Shown: positions 8,865 through 17,519, numbered from the stretch's first letter. The stretch is DNA of 64,000 nucleotides from an uncultured virus (IMG/VR IMGVR_UViG_3300042337_000191) (IMGVR_UViG_3300042337_000191), one strand, 5' to 3'. A program made the numbers and translations. Notes: generated by a model not told the origin, from the sequence alone.

Positions 8865-9227
8865 ATGAGCGAAAAGACCTATTGGGGACATCATCTTATT
8901 ATTAATGCAGGTGAGTGTAACCACAACACTATTACAGATTATAATACAATCCATGAATTTACTAAGCAGTTAGTCAAGGATATTGACATGGTTGCTTATG
9001 GTGAACCACAGATTGTAAAGTTTGGTACAGGTAATAAGGCTGGTTATACTCTAGTTCAATTAATTGAGACAAGTAATATTTGTGCTCACTTTGTTGACGA
9101 GACAAATGATGTCTACTTAGATGTCTTTTCTTGCAAGCCATTTAATGAAAAAGCTGTAGTCAATCTCGTTAAGGTCTTCTTTGAAGCAAAGAAGATTGAA
9201 ACTGTATTCCTTGACAGACAAGCGTAA
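8865..9227 (+). CDS. speD: S-adenosylmethionine decarboxylase proenzyme
   Basis: GHHLII, LIETSNICAHF (self-cleavage Ser), DVFSCKPF. Confidence 0.8.
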   Translation: MSEKTYWGHHLIINAGECNHNTITDYNTIHEFTKQLVKDIDMVAYGEPQIVKFGTGNKAGYTLVQLIETSNICAHFVDETNDVYLDVFSCKPFNEKAVVNLVKVFFEAKKIETVFLDRQA

Positions 9228-9276
9228 TATATAACAGGTGGCGATTAATCGCCACCATTTATTATTGGGGTGAGAA

Positions 9277-9819
9277 ATGGTAAAAGCAGTATTCCTTGAC
9301 CGTGATGGAACTATTAATGAGCTCGTGCATGGAAGAGAAAACCCAAAGCATGTTTGTCCTTGGTATTTTGCAGAATTCAATTATATTGATGGTGTTGAAG
9401 AGGCAATTAAAGGATTAAGAGCTCTTGGTTTTTCTTTGCATGTTGTAACAAATCAACCAGATGTTGATGATGGATATACAACAGAAGATACTATGAATGT
9501 TATTCATCAATGTCTCAAAAATGATTTGAATGTAGATACAATTCAGGCCGCAAGAACACGTGGAACTGAAGAGTATAAACCTAATCCTGGTATGTTAAAT
9601 AAGATCATTAAAGAATGGATGGTTACTAAAGAACGTAGCTGGATGATTGGTGATACATGGCGTGACGTTGTTGCTGGCAACCGTGCCGGAGTCAAGACTA
9701 TATACCTTGGTGACATTTATAGTGCTCCTTCAGAATGGTTACATATTAAACCAGACTTTTATGCTAAGAACCTTCTTGAAGCAGTAACAATTATTCAACA
9801 GAATGTGGGTGGAAATTAA
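9277..9819 (+). CDS. HAD-IIIA phosphatase, GmhB-like
   Basis: AVFLDRDGTIN, VVTNQ, KPNPGM, MIGD motifs. Confidence 0.85.
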   Translation: MVKAVFLDRDGTINELVHGRENPKHVCPWYFAEFNYIDGVEEAIKGLRALGFSLHVVTNQPDVDDGYTTEDTMNVIHQCLKNDLNVDTIQAARTRGTEEYKPNPGMLNKIIKEWMVTKERSWMIGDTWRDVVAGNRAGVKTIYLGDIYSAPSEWLHIKPDFYAKNLLEAVTIIQQNVGGN

Positions 9820-10823
9820 TGAGTGGTTTTGAAGAGAATGAAATTTCTATAAAGGCAAATGGTGGAACTGAATTAGTTAAACGTAAGCTTGCTTCTATGC
9901 TTCCAGAAAGCTTGCTTGAAGACTTTCAAATTATTTGTTCTAGAACACGTGATTTGGACGAAAACAAAATTCGTATTCTTTGGTGTCATGATCTACCCGA
10001 AGACCCTGAATCTAAAAATTTCAGAGACACTGAATGGCGAAATAAGTTTCATAAATTTGTTTTCGTTTCTAATTGGCAGTATAGCCGTTATAATTTGATT
10101 CATGGTTTACCAATGGATGATAAGTCTATTGTTCTAGATCATGGTATTACTCCTGCTCCTGCTTCTTGTTTAGAAAAGCCAGATGATGGTAAGATTCATT
10201 TGGTATATACCTCAACGCCACAACGTGGATTGGCTATTCTTGTTCCAGTGTTCGAACATTTGGCTGAAACAAATCCAGATATTCATCTACACGTTTACTC
10301 TTCTTTTAAAATCTATGGATGGGAAGAAGCAGATAAACAGTTTGAAGAATTATACGAAACAATTCGTAATCATCCTCAGATGACTTATCATGGTTTCACT
10401 CCAAACGAACAACTAAGAGAAGAACTCAATAAGTATCATATTTTTGCTTATCCTTCTATTTGGACAGAGACTTCTTGTATTGCTATGCTAGAGGCTATGT
10501 CTGCAGGATTGGTTTGTGTTCATTCGAATCTCGGAGCTCTACCAGAAACTTCGGGTGGTTTAAATGTAATGTATAATGTTAATATGGAAGATGTTCAGAA
10601 ACACGCTGGTGTATTCGCTGGTAATCTACAAGCAGCTATTCGTCTCGTTCGTGACAAAAAGCAAGACAACATGATCGCCTTTAATAAAGTTTATGTAGAT
10701 AACAAGAACAATGTAGAATTTATCAAGAACAAATGGGAAGTAATGTTAAACGATCTCAAAGCTGAATATCCCGACGAAGAGTCTCGTAAATTTCCCAAAG
10801 AAATGTTTGTCTACAAGGTATAA
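9819..10823 (+). CDS. GT-B (GT4-like) glycosyltransferase
   Basis: YTSTPQRGL, YPSIWTETSCIAMLEAMSAG, GALPET. Confidence 0.85.
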   Translation: MSGFEENEISIKANGGTELVKRKLASMLPESLLEDFQIICSRTRDLDENKIRILWCHDLPEDPESKNFRDTEWRNKFHKFVFVSNWQYSRYNLIHGLPMDDKSIVLDHGITPAPASCLEKPDDGKIHLVYTSTPQRGLAILVPVFEHLAETNPDIHLHVYSSFKIYGWEEADKQFEELYETIRNHPQMTYHGFTPNEQLREELNKYHIFAYPSIWTETSCIAMLEAMSAGLVCVHSNLGALPETSGGLNVMYNVNMEDVQKHAGVFAGNLQAAIRLVRDKKQDNMIAFNKVYVDNKNNVEFIKNKWEVMLNDLKAEYPDEESRKFPKEMFVYKV

Positions 10824-10829
10824 ATACTA

Positions 10830-10858
10830 TTGACTTCTTATAAAATATAAGGTATTAT
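10830..10858 (+). promoter_or_regulatory. sigma70-type promoter, preceded by late TATAAATA at 10819-10826
   Basis: TTGACT-N17-TATTAT. Confidence 0.55.
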
Positions 10859-11254
10859 ATGTCTAATAATTCGAATAATGTCGTGAGTTTCCCCAAGGGT
10901 AAGAACGCTAACAAAGATATTACTCTCGAGGATATCCAACATAATATGGAAATGATGAGACATTATCATATCCAAGAAACTATCCAAAATCTGGTTCCAA
11001 TGATTTTCAATCAATTAGACATTGCTGGTTTCGGTCTCATCGAAGATGATGTAGATGTCGATGTTAAGGATGGCGCACTCATAGTGGAAGCTTTGCGTTC
11101 TTTGATGCTAAAGCACTATGATATGCACCATCCTTTTCAGCAGGTGTCCGAAGCTATCTTCGTTCCTCATCCCAAGGAAGAAGGTGCATTTAAGATTGCT
11201 GATAAGTTGGAACTAGATCTAAAACCTCTGGATGAACCTGAAGAAACTGAATAG
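10859..11254 (+). CDS. hypothetical protein
   Basis: ORF with NNVVSFP N-terminus. Confidence 0.7.
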   Translation: MSNNSNNVVSFPKGKNANKDITLEDIQHNMEMMRHYHIQETIQNLVPMIFNQLDIAGFGLIEDDVDVDVKDGALIVEALRSLMLKHYDMHHPFQQVSEAIFVPHPKEEGAFKIADKLELDLKPLDEPEETE

Positions 11255-11261
11255 GTGATTT

Positions 11262-12119
11262 GTGATTATTGTTGACTTGAATCAGGTTATGTTGTCTAAT
11301 CTGTTGATGCAGCTTGGCAATCATACTAATGCTCAACTAGAAGAAAATATGGTTCGCCATATGATTCTTAATTCTATTCGTTCTTATCGTCAGAAGTTCT
11401 CTGATGAATATGGCGAAATGATTATTGCTTGCGATAATACAAACTACTGGCGCAAGCAGATCTTTCCTTATTACAAGGCCAATCGTAAAAAGAATATCGA
11501 GAAGTCAGAACTTGACTGGAAGGCTCTGTTCGAATGTCTTAATAAGATTCGTGCAGAACTCAAGGAGTATTTTCCTTATCGAGTTATTGATGTTGAGTCT
11601 GCAGAGGCTGATGATATTATTTCCACACTTGTCTCTAAATTCGGCTCAGAACTAAATACTGGTGAGAAAATTCTTATTCTGTCTGGCGATAAAGATTTTA
11701 TTCAGTTGCACGTTTACCCTAACGTAAAACAATACGATCCTACTCGTAAGAAATGGGTAACGCACGATGATCCTGAACGATTTCTACATGAACATATTCT
11801 TAAGGGGGATGCAGGGGATGGGATTCCTAACGTGTTGTCTCCTGATAATTGCTTTGTTGTCGGCGATCGGCAAAGACCGCTAACAGCGAAGAAGATGGAA
11901 AAGATTATGGGCACTGATCTAGAAGAAATGGATACAATCACTGCCCGTAACTATTCTCGTAACGCACGATTGATTGATCTTAGCTTTACTCCTGACTCTA
12001 TTCGTGAGAAAGTTATGGAGCAATATGAAGCTCAGGCAAATCGTGATCGTAGCAAACTACTAAATTACTTTATAGCAAACAAACTCAAAAACCTTACTGA
12101 ACATTTGAGTGAATTTTAG
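11262..12119 (+). CDS. rnh: T4-type RNase H / 5'-3' flap exonuclease
   Basis: IIVDLNQ, YKANR, EADDII, SGDKDFIQL, GDAGDGIPN. Confidence 0.92.
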   Translation: MIIVDLNQVMLSNLLMQLGNHTNAQLEENMVRHMILNSIRSYRQKFSDEYGEMIIACDNTNYWRKQIFPYYKANRKKNIEKSELDWKALFECLNKIRAELKEYFPYRVIDVESAEADDIISTLVSKFGSELNTGEKILILSGDKDFIQLHVYPNVKQYDPTRKKWVTHDDPERFLHEHILKGDAGDGIPNVLSPDNCFVVGDRQRPLTAKKMEKIMGTDLEEMDTITARNYSRNARLIDLSFTPDSIREKVMEQYEAQANRDRSKLLNYFIANKLKNLTEHLSEF

Positions 12120-12128
12120 GAGATAATA

Positions 12129-12548
12129 ATGGCTGTCCTTGGAATGTATGAATTTTTACACAAGGTTTCTAAATTAAAAAAGACGCAAGAAAAGGTTGAT
12201 AATATAAAAGCTAATGACACTATGGCTCTACGTATTGTGCTACAAGCAGTCTTTGACCCTAATGTCAAGTTCCTTCTCCCAGAAGGAGTACCGCCATATA
12301 AGCCAAATGATATTGTAGATCAGCAGCATGTATTCCACAGAGAAGCTGATAAGATTAGATATTTCGTCGAAGGTTTCCATCCAACTCTCAATCAATCAAA
12401 GCGTGAAATGATGTTTGTTGAGTTTCTTGAGAGACTAGATCCCGACGATGCAAAGCTTGTCCTAGCTATGAAGGATAAGAAGATGCCATTTCCTGGCATT
12501 ACCATTCAACACGTAAAAGAAGCACTACCAGGGTTAATCGCAGAATGA
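12129..12548 (+). CDS. conserved T4-like hypothetical protein
   Basis: FDPNVKFLLPEGVPPY...KREMMFVEFLE; follows rnh. Confidence 0.75.
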   Translation: MAVLGMYEFLHKVSKLKKTQEKVDNIKANDTMALRIVLQAVFDPNVKFLLPEGVPPYKPNDIVDQQHVFHREADKIRYFVEGFHPTLNQSKREMMFVEFLERLDPDDAKLVLAMKDKKMPFPGITIQHVKEALPGLIAE

Positions 12549-12766
12549 GCAAGTCAGCGTTAAAGAAGTTCAAGAAGAACGATTATTCAGATCACGAAGA
12601 GTATCATGACGATCCACGTGATCGTGTAAACAAGCGCAAAGAGAAGCGTGTAGAACGTGCTCTTCGCACTAAGGATATCTCTGCTTTGGTTGAAGACGAT
12701 GAAGACTTTGATATTGGAGATATCTGTTCAGGCACAACTCGTGGTCATGCATGGGAAGATGATTGA
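12545..12766 (+). CDS. hypothetical protein
   Basis: Translationally coupled ORF. Confidence 0.65.
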   Translation: MSKSALKKFKKNDYSDHEEYHDDPRDRVNKRKEKRVERALRTKDISALVEDDEDFDIGDICSGTTRGHAWEDD

Positions 12767-12990
12767 TGCCTATTTACAAGCTACGCAATAATCAGACTGG
12801 TGAAGAGTGGGAAGAGCTTATGTCTATCTCTGAGATGGAAGAGAAGATTGCTGCGCATCCTCATGTCGAACTTCTTATTAACGGTGCGCCCATGGTCACA
12901 GGAACCATGGGCAAGAATACTCCAATGAAGACTAAGTATAAGGATGCTACTTCAGTCAAGCGCCCATTCTTAGATTCTACAGGAAAATAA
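12766..12990 (+). CDS. FmdB-like small protein, paralog 1
   Basis: MPIY...TGEEWEELMSISE...INGAPM. Confidence 0.7.
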   Translation: MPIYKLRNNQTGEEWEELMSISEMEEKIAAHPHVELLINGAPMVTGTMGKNTPMKTKYKDATSVKRPFLDSTGK

Positions 12991-12991
12991 A

Positions 12992-13231
12992 ATGGACCCT
13001 TTGCAATTTTGTTATTGGCTACAAGGATTTAACGAACTTAACACATCAGGAAAACCTCCTGGCGAGTTACAGTGGAAGATCATCCAAGACCACTTATCAA
13101 CAGTCTTTAATAAAGTTACTCCAACCTATCCAGGTGGCGTATATCCTGAAGTTTTTCCTATGCCTTCTAGTCCACCATGGACAATTACATGCGAAACTAA
13201 TGCTAACACACAAACAATGGCTATTTGCTAA
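12992..13231 (+). CDS. hypothetical protein
   Basis: QFCYWLQGF...QWKIIQDHLSTVFNKVTP. Confidence 0.7.
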   Translation: MDPLQFCYWLQGFNELNTSGKPPGELQWKIIQDHLSTVFNKVTPTYPGGVYPEVFPMPSSPPWTITCETNANTQTMAIC

Positions 13232-13473
13232 TGCCCACATATAAGTTTTTAAATAATGATACTGGCGAAGAGTATGAAAACTTCATGTCGATATCGGAAC
13301 TTGATGCATACTTGCAAGAAAATCCGCATATCACTCAACTCGTAAATGGCGCTCCTATGATCGCTTCTGGCAGAGGAATGGGGAAACCTGAAGATGGTTT
13401 CCGTGATCTGCTCAAAGATATTAAGAAGAGAAATCAAAAAGGTATAACCAGGAGTACCATCAACACATTCTAA
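13231..13473 (+). CDS. FmdB-like small protein, paralog 2
   Basis: MPTY...TGEEYENFMSISE...VNGAPM. Confidence 0.7.
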   Translation: MPTYKFLNNDTGEEYENFMSISELDAYLQENPHITQLVNGAPMIASGRGMGKPEDGFRDLLKDIKKRNQKGITRSTINTF

Positions 13474-13481
13474 GGGGTAAA

Positions 13482-14243
13482 ATGGAAGAAGAAACAACAA
13501 CACGTCGATTAACTCGTAAAGAAAAAAGACTTCTTCGCCAACAAGGAAAACAACCGAAAGAAAATTATCAAGAAAAATTAAATTTTAATTTAAAACATTT
13601 TCATCCTCTTACACAGAATCAGAAGTTAGCATTTGATTCATTTGATGATGATAAAAATTTAATGCTCCATGGTATTGCCGGAACAGGCAAATCTTTTATG
13701 GCATTATATCTTTCTTTAAAACAGATCCTCAGCGATCCTGAATGTATTTACAAGAAAGTTGTTATTGTAAGATCGGTTGTTCCTACCAGAGATATGGGAT
13801 TCCTTCCTGGTAGTGACAGAGAAAAAACTAAAGTATATGAAGCGCCTTACTACGCCATTTGCACAGAATTATTTGGTCGTGGTGATGCGTATGAATACCT
13901 AAAAAGAAGAAATGTTATTGAGTTTATCTCTACCTCTTTTATTAGAGGTATTACGCTTAACGATTGTATCGTTGTTGTTGATGAAATGCAGAATGCTACT
14001 CTTCACGAGCTAGATTCTGTTATTACTCGTATTGGTCATAATTGTAAAGTTGTATTCTGTGGAGACTTTAGACAGTCTGACTTCACAAGAGAGCACGAGA
14101 AGAACGGGTTGACTGATTTCATGCGTGTCGTAAAGAACATGAGATCTTTTGATTTGATTGAATTTAATGCAGAGGATATCGTAAGATCTGCTCTTGTTAA
14201 AGAATATATAATACTGAAGGATAAAATGAGAATTGTCACGTAA
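13482..14243 (+). CDS. phoH: PhoH-like ATPase
   Basis: GIAGTGKS, GFLPG, RGITL, DEMQN, GDFRQSD, DIVRS. Confidence 0.93.
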   Translation: MEEETTTRRLTRKEKRLLRQQGKQPKENYQEKLNFNLKHFHPLTQNQKLAFDSFDDDKNLMLHGIAGTGKSFMALYLSLKQILSDPECIYKKVVIVRSVVPTRDMGFLPGSDREKTKVYEAPYYAICTELFGRGDAYEYLKRRNVIEFISTSFIRGITLNDCIVVVDEMQNATLHELDSVITRIGHNCKVVFCGDFRQSDFTREHEKNGLTDFMRVVKNMRSFDLIEFNAEDIVRSALVKEYIILKDKMRIVT

Positions 14244-14889
14244 ATTATTTAAACACAATCTAGTTCCAGAAGTGGAAATAGATACGAAGAACATTGATGG
14301 CAAAAGATATTATGTGTTACCGAGTGGAGAGAAATTTCGCTCGGTAACAACCGTATTAGATGGAGCACTAGACAAAACAGCATTAATGGAGTGGAAGAAA
14401 CGTGTCGGAGAAGAAGAGGCTCAGAAGATTTCTACACAGGCTGCTCGTCGTGGAACCGCCGTACACTCAATCGCCGAGCGTTATGTCCTCAATGAAGAGG
14501 ACCATCTTCGGGGTGCTATGCCTTCTGGAATTGATGCTTTTAAAGGTATTCAAACGCTCTTAGACAAATACGTAGATAATATCCTAGGTATCGAACTCCC
14601 TCTCTATTCTACTGTTTTAAAAACAGCAGGTAGATGCGACTTGATCGCAGAGTTTGATGGCGTCCCTTCTATAGTTGATTTTAAAACAAGCCGTAAACTT
14701 AAAAAAGAAGAGTGGATCACCAGTTATTTTTTACAGACAGCTTGTTACGCTATGATGTTTTCTTGGATGTATAAAATAACAATTCCTCAAATAGTTGTGA
14801 TGATAGCAGTAGACCATGAAAGCCCACAGCTTTTTGTTAAAGATACAAAGGATTATGTAGAAGAAGTTCTAAGAATTTTCAGAACTTAA
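14233..14889 (+). CDS. PD-(D/E)XK exonuclease
   Basis: SVTTVL, RGTAVH, AGRCD, IVDFKTS, QTACY. Confidence 0.85.
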   Translation: MSRKLFKHNLVPEVEIDTKNIDGKRYYVLPSGEKFRSVTTVLDGALDKTALMEWKKRVGEEEAQKISTQAARRGTAVHSIAERYVLNEEDHLRGAMPSGIDAFKGIQTLLDKYVDNILGIELPLYSTVLKTAGRCDLIAEFDGVPSIVDFKTSRKLKKEEWITSYFLQTACYAMMFSWMYKITIPQIVVMIAVDHESPQLFVKDTKDYVEEVLRIFRT

Positions 14890-15327
14890 TTTTTGTTCTC
14901 TTTTTAATCTACAAGTTTCTTTTATCTTAGCTTTACGTTCTTCCGTACAAGGTCTTCCTTTTAAAGCTATAGAAACTTTTTCTCCAACTTCTTTAGGTCT
15001 CTTTCTTCCTGAAAGAGTTTTAGATATCTTTTCTTTAACTGCTTCTTTTCTAGGAACGCCTTTTCTTTTTTTATTTGCGGCAATTATGTTTTCGAAACTT
15101 TTTTGTTTGCCATTTTTTATTCCATCAGAAATATTTTTTCTGTGTTGTTTTGTTTTTATTTTGCCTTTATTTGATTCAGAAATTAGTTTCTTGGTTTCTT
15201 CTGTGTGAGGAATACCGCTATTCCATCCAGAAGATATTTGAATAGTTTGCCAAGGTTCTAATGGAGGTATTTCATATTCTAATGGCGGAAGACCTAGTGC
15301 CTTCCCTATAGGGTCATAAATATCCAT
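14869..15327 (-). CDS. NUMOD3-repeat DNA-binding protein with TerS-identical N-terminal peptide and no nuclease domain
   Basis: About five HTEETKKLISES-type repeats; own late promoter and GGAG SD. Confidence 0.8.
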   Translation of the reverse strand: MDIYDPIGKALGLPPLEYEIPPLEPWQTIQISSGWNSGIPHTEETKKLISESNKGKIKTKQHRKNISDGIKNGKQKSFENIIAANKKRKGVPRKEAVKEKISKTLSGRKRPKEVGEKVSIALKGRPCTEERKAKIKETCRLKREQKLSSENS

Positions 15328-15393
15328 GCTGGACCTCCGTGTAAGGTTTAGAGTAGGTAGGGATTGCCTTCCCGTGACCTACACTTATTTATA
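15328..15393 (-). promoter_or_regulatory. late promoter plus structured 5' leader (copy A)
   Basis: TATAAATA (15386-15393) followed by two hairpins; homologous to 25134-25201. Confidence 0.8.
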
Positions 15394-15405
15394 CAACAAA
15401 AGTCT

Positions 15406-15723
15406 TCATAAAACAACCAGAATAATAATTCCTAGTATAACTAAAGTCCAGAATAAATCGGAGAGGCTACCTTTAGCCTTTCTTCCTCTTTTTCTACTAA
15501 ACCCACCTGTAGTTTTACTCGTTACATACCATGAATTCGGCCCAACCTTCATAGATTGGGTCGTTCTGGATCTTCCAGTTTTTTGATTGGTCGAATAGGT
15601 AGTTCTCATATTACCTTTAAGACCAAAAGATGTAGAAGTAGTTACGCCTCTTTTACCACCCCATGAGGTAGTAGTTCTAACAGGCCCAACCTTCCTTGTG
15701 ATTCTAGTTCTTACATTTCCCAT
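15406..15723 (-). CDS. basic protein with C-terminal transmembrane helix (DUF4236-like)
   Basis: RTRITRKVGPVR...GVTTSTSFG; hydrophobic tail. Confidence 0.6.
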   Translation of the reverse strand: MGNVRTRITRKVGPVRTTTSWGGKRGVTTSTSFGLKGNMRTTYSTNQKTGRSRTTQSMKVGPNSWYVTSKTTGGFSRKRGRKAKGSLSDLFWTLVILGIIILVVL

Positions 15724-15738
15724 ACACCTATTTAGGCG

Positions 15739-16152
15739 TTAGCACCACAAGGTTCCGTAAGAGTCCTCTTCATCTAGAGAGAATACAGTTTTCTTGATGC
15801 CGAAATGTTCGATGGCTTTCTGACATCCCGGACAAGGTTCCGCCCTACCACTTACCCAGTTCATGTCTCCTTTGTGCTTGCGCTTTACACGATAGACATA
15901 TAGAGTGGCATTCTTAAGATCTTCTTCGTCGACAATCTTCAATGCTTTGATAATGCAATCTACCTCTGCATGTTTAAAGATCGCATCGTTATTCTTTGCG
16001 AATCTTTTCTGCAGAGGGTGAGATTTGTCGGAGTTTAGTCCAACTGAAATAATCTCGTTACGGATAACGAGACAAGCAGCGAGTTTCATTTTCATGTTGT
16101 TGGAAGTGGCGAGTCTACGGACAAAGTCCATATATTTCTTGTCGCGAGTCAT
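15739..16152 (-). CDS. Zn-dependent cytidine/adenosine deaminase-fold protein
   Basis: HAE and PCPGC motifs; start MTRDKK with GAGGA SD. Confidence 0.85.
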   Translation of the reverse strand: MTRDKKYMDFVRRLATSNNMKMKLAACLVIRNEIISVGLNSDKSHPLQKRFAKNNDAIFKHAEVDCIIKALKIVDEEDLKNATLYVYRVKRKHKGDMNWVSGRAEPCPGCQKAIEHFGIKKTVFSLDEEDSYGTLWC

Positions 16153-16164
16153 AATATAATCCTC

Positions 16165-16320
16165 GGGAGTTACTACCTTCTCCCAGTCACTATTTCGTTG
16201 AGACAGGTTTAGTGGATAAGACGGCATATCAGAGGACGTTCCAGGTTGCCTCTACCTATGTCTGTATAAAGCGATATGCCTACCTTATACAGTGAACGGA
16301 AAGTATCCATCTCTTTCCGT
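16165..16320 (-). ncRNA. candidate structured RNA (pseudoknot or switch) downstream of tRNA-Gly
   Basis: Interleaved 8-bp complementary pairs plus three hairpins. Confidence 0.4.
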
Positions 16321-16327
16321 CGGATTT

Positions 16328-16402
16328 TGGAGCGGGCGACCAGATTCGAACTGGCGACCAACAGTTTGGAAGACTGTGACTCTACCCCTGAGTTACACCC
16401 GC
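16328..16402 (-). tRNA. tRNA-Gly(TCC)
   Basis: Cloverleaf, CCA. Confidence 0.93.
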
Positions 16403-16524
16403 ATTAACCAAATGTATATAGGTCTTGTAATACAAAACCAGCGACAATCATCAATAAAAAGAAACAAACGATCTTGATAATTGCCGAAATTTTATGTTGT
16501 TCTTCAGTCATAATACATCCTTTT

Positions 16525-16599
16525 TGGCTCGGGATCATGGACTCGAACCACGAATGTCGGAGTCAGAATCCGAAGTTTTACCAATTAAACTAATCCCGA
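16525..16599 (-). tRNA. tRNA-Gln(CTG)
   Basis: Cloverleaf, CCA. Confidence 0.92.
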
Positions 16600-16600
16600 A

Positions 16601-16676
16601 TGGTGCTGGCAGCAGGAGTCGAACCCACGACCTTCTCATTACAAGTGAGTTGCTCTACCGTCTGAGCTATGCCAGC
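16601..16676 (-). tRNA. tRNA-Thr(TGT)
   Basis: Cloverleaf, CCA. Confidence 0.93.
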
Positions 16677-16677
16677 A

Positions 16678-17091
16678 TTAGTAAGCAGGAACCATACAAC
16701 TCTGAACCAGATCTGCTCCACCGAATAGCTGGCCAAACAAATCATAAGGATCAACATACATTGCACAGTTTCCAGAAGTTGCCACAGGAACATTAGTTGG
16801 ATATCCCGGAGGCGAATAGATGTTAGAAGCTTCTGGTGTTGGTACTGAATTATAAACAGGAACCAACGGTGCAGGTTGAACAGGAACTACTACTGGAACC
16901 ATAACTGTAGAGCTAATAGGACCAGGACCAGCAGGAACATACTCAACTGCAACAGGAACCTGAACAGTCTTTACAACTTTCTTTACTGGCTGCTGGTATG
17001 TAATCTTACAGTTATTACATACACTAATATTATCCTGCGCATAAGCAGGAACAGCCAATACAATCCCTAGAGCAACTAGAAACTTTCTCAT
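16678..17091 (-). CDS. secreted Pro/Val-rich protein
   Basis: Signal peptide MRKFLVALGIVLAVPAYA. Confidence 0.7.
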   Translation of the reverse strand: MRKFLVALGIVLAVPAYAQDNISVCNNCKITYQQPVKKVVKTVQVPVAVEYVPAGPGPISSTVMVPVVVPVQPAPLVPVYNSVPTPEASNIYSPPGYPTNVPVATSGNCAMYVDPYDLFGQLFGGADLVQSCMVPAY

Positions 17092-17093
17092 TG

Positions 17094-17378
17094 TTACCAC
17101 CCGTAGTAATAACCATTCCCAGGATAATAGTAATATGGCGAATTAGCGTATGGATAACGAGGACCATAGTAATATGGATAAGGATTATATCCATAACCCT
17201 GCGAAGCAATTGCGCCGCCGATTACTCCTCCGAGAATAGCAGCACCAGCCATGGCACCATAAGCTGCGCCATAACCACCGTAACCATATCCACCGTAGTA
17301 TCCACCACGATACCAAGCATTAGCCGGAGTCGTAATAACGCTACCGAGGATAACTAAAGCAGCAACAATCTTCTTCAT
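17094..17378 (-). CDS. secreted Gly/Tyr-rich protein
   Basis: Signal peptide, GGYYGGYGYGG, AILGGVIGGAIAS; resembles rhizobial Gly-rich exported proteins. Confidence 0.7.
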   Translation of the reverse strand: MKKIVAALVILGSVITTPANAWYRGGYYGGYGYGGYGAAYGAMAGAAILGGVIGGAIASQGYGYNPYPYYYGPRYPYANSPYYYYPGNGYYYGW

Positions 17379-17443
17379 AGCTTTTCTCCATAAAGCGAAC
17401 TGACCGTGGGTCCGCACGAGTCTATTTAGCGACCAACCTATAA

Positions 17444-17519
17444 TGGCTCCCGAGGAAGGGCTCGAACCTCCGACAAAGTCGTTAACAGCGACCTACTCTA
17501 CCAACTGAGTTACACGGGA
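17444..17519 (-). tRNA. tRNA-Asn(GTT)
   Basis: Cloverleaf, CCA. Confidence 0.92.
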
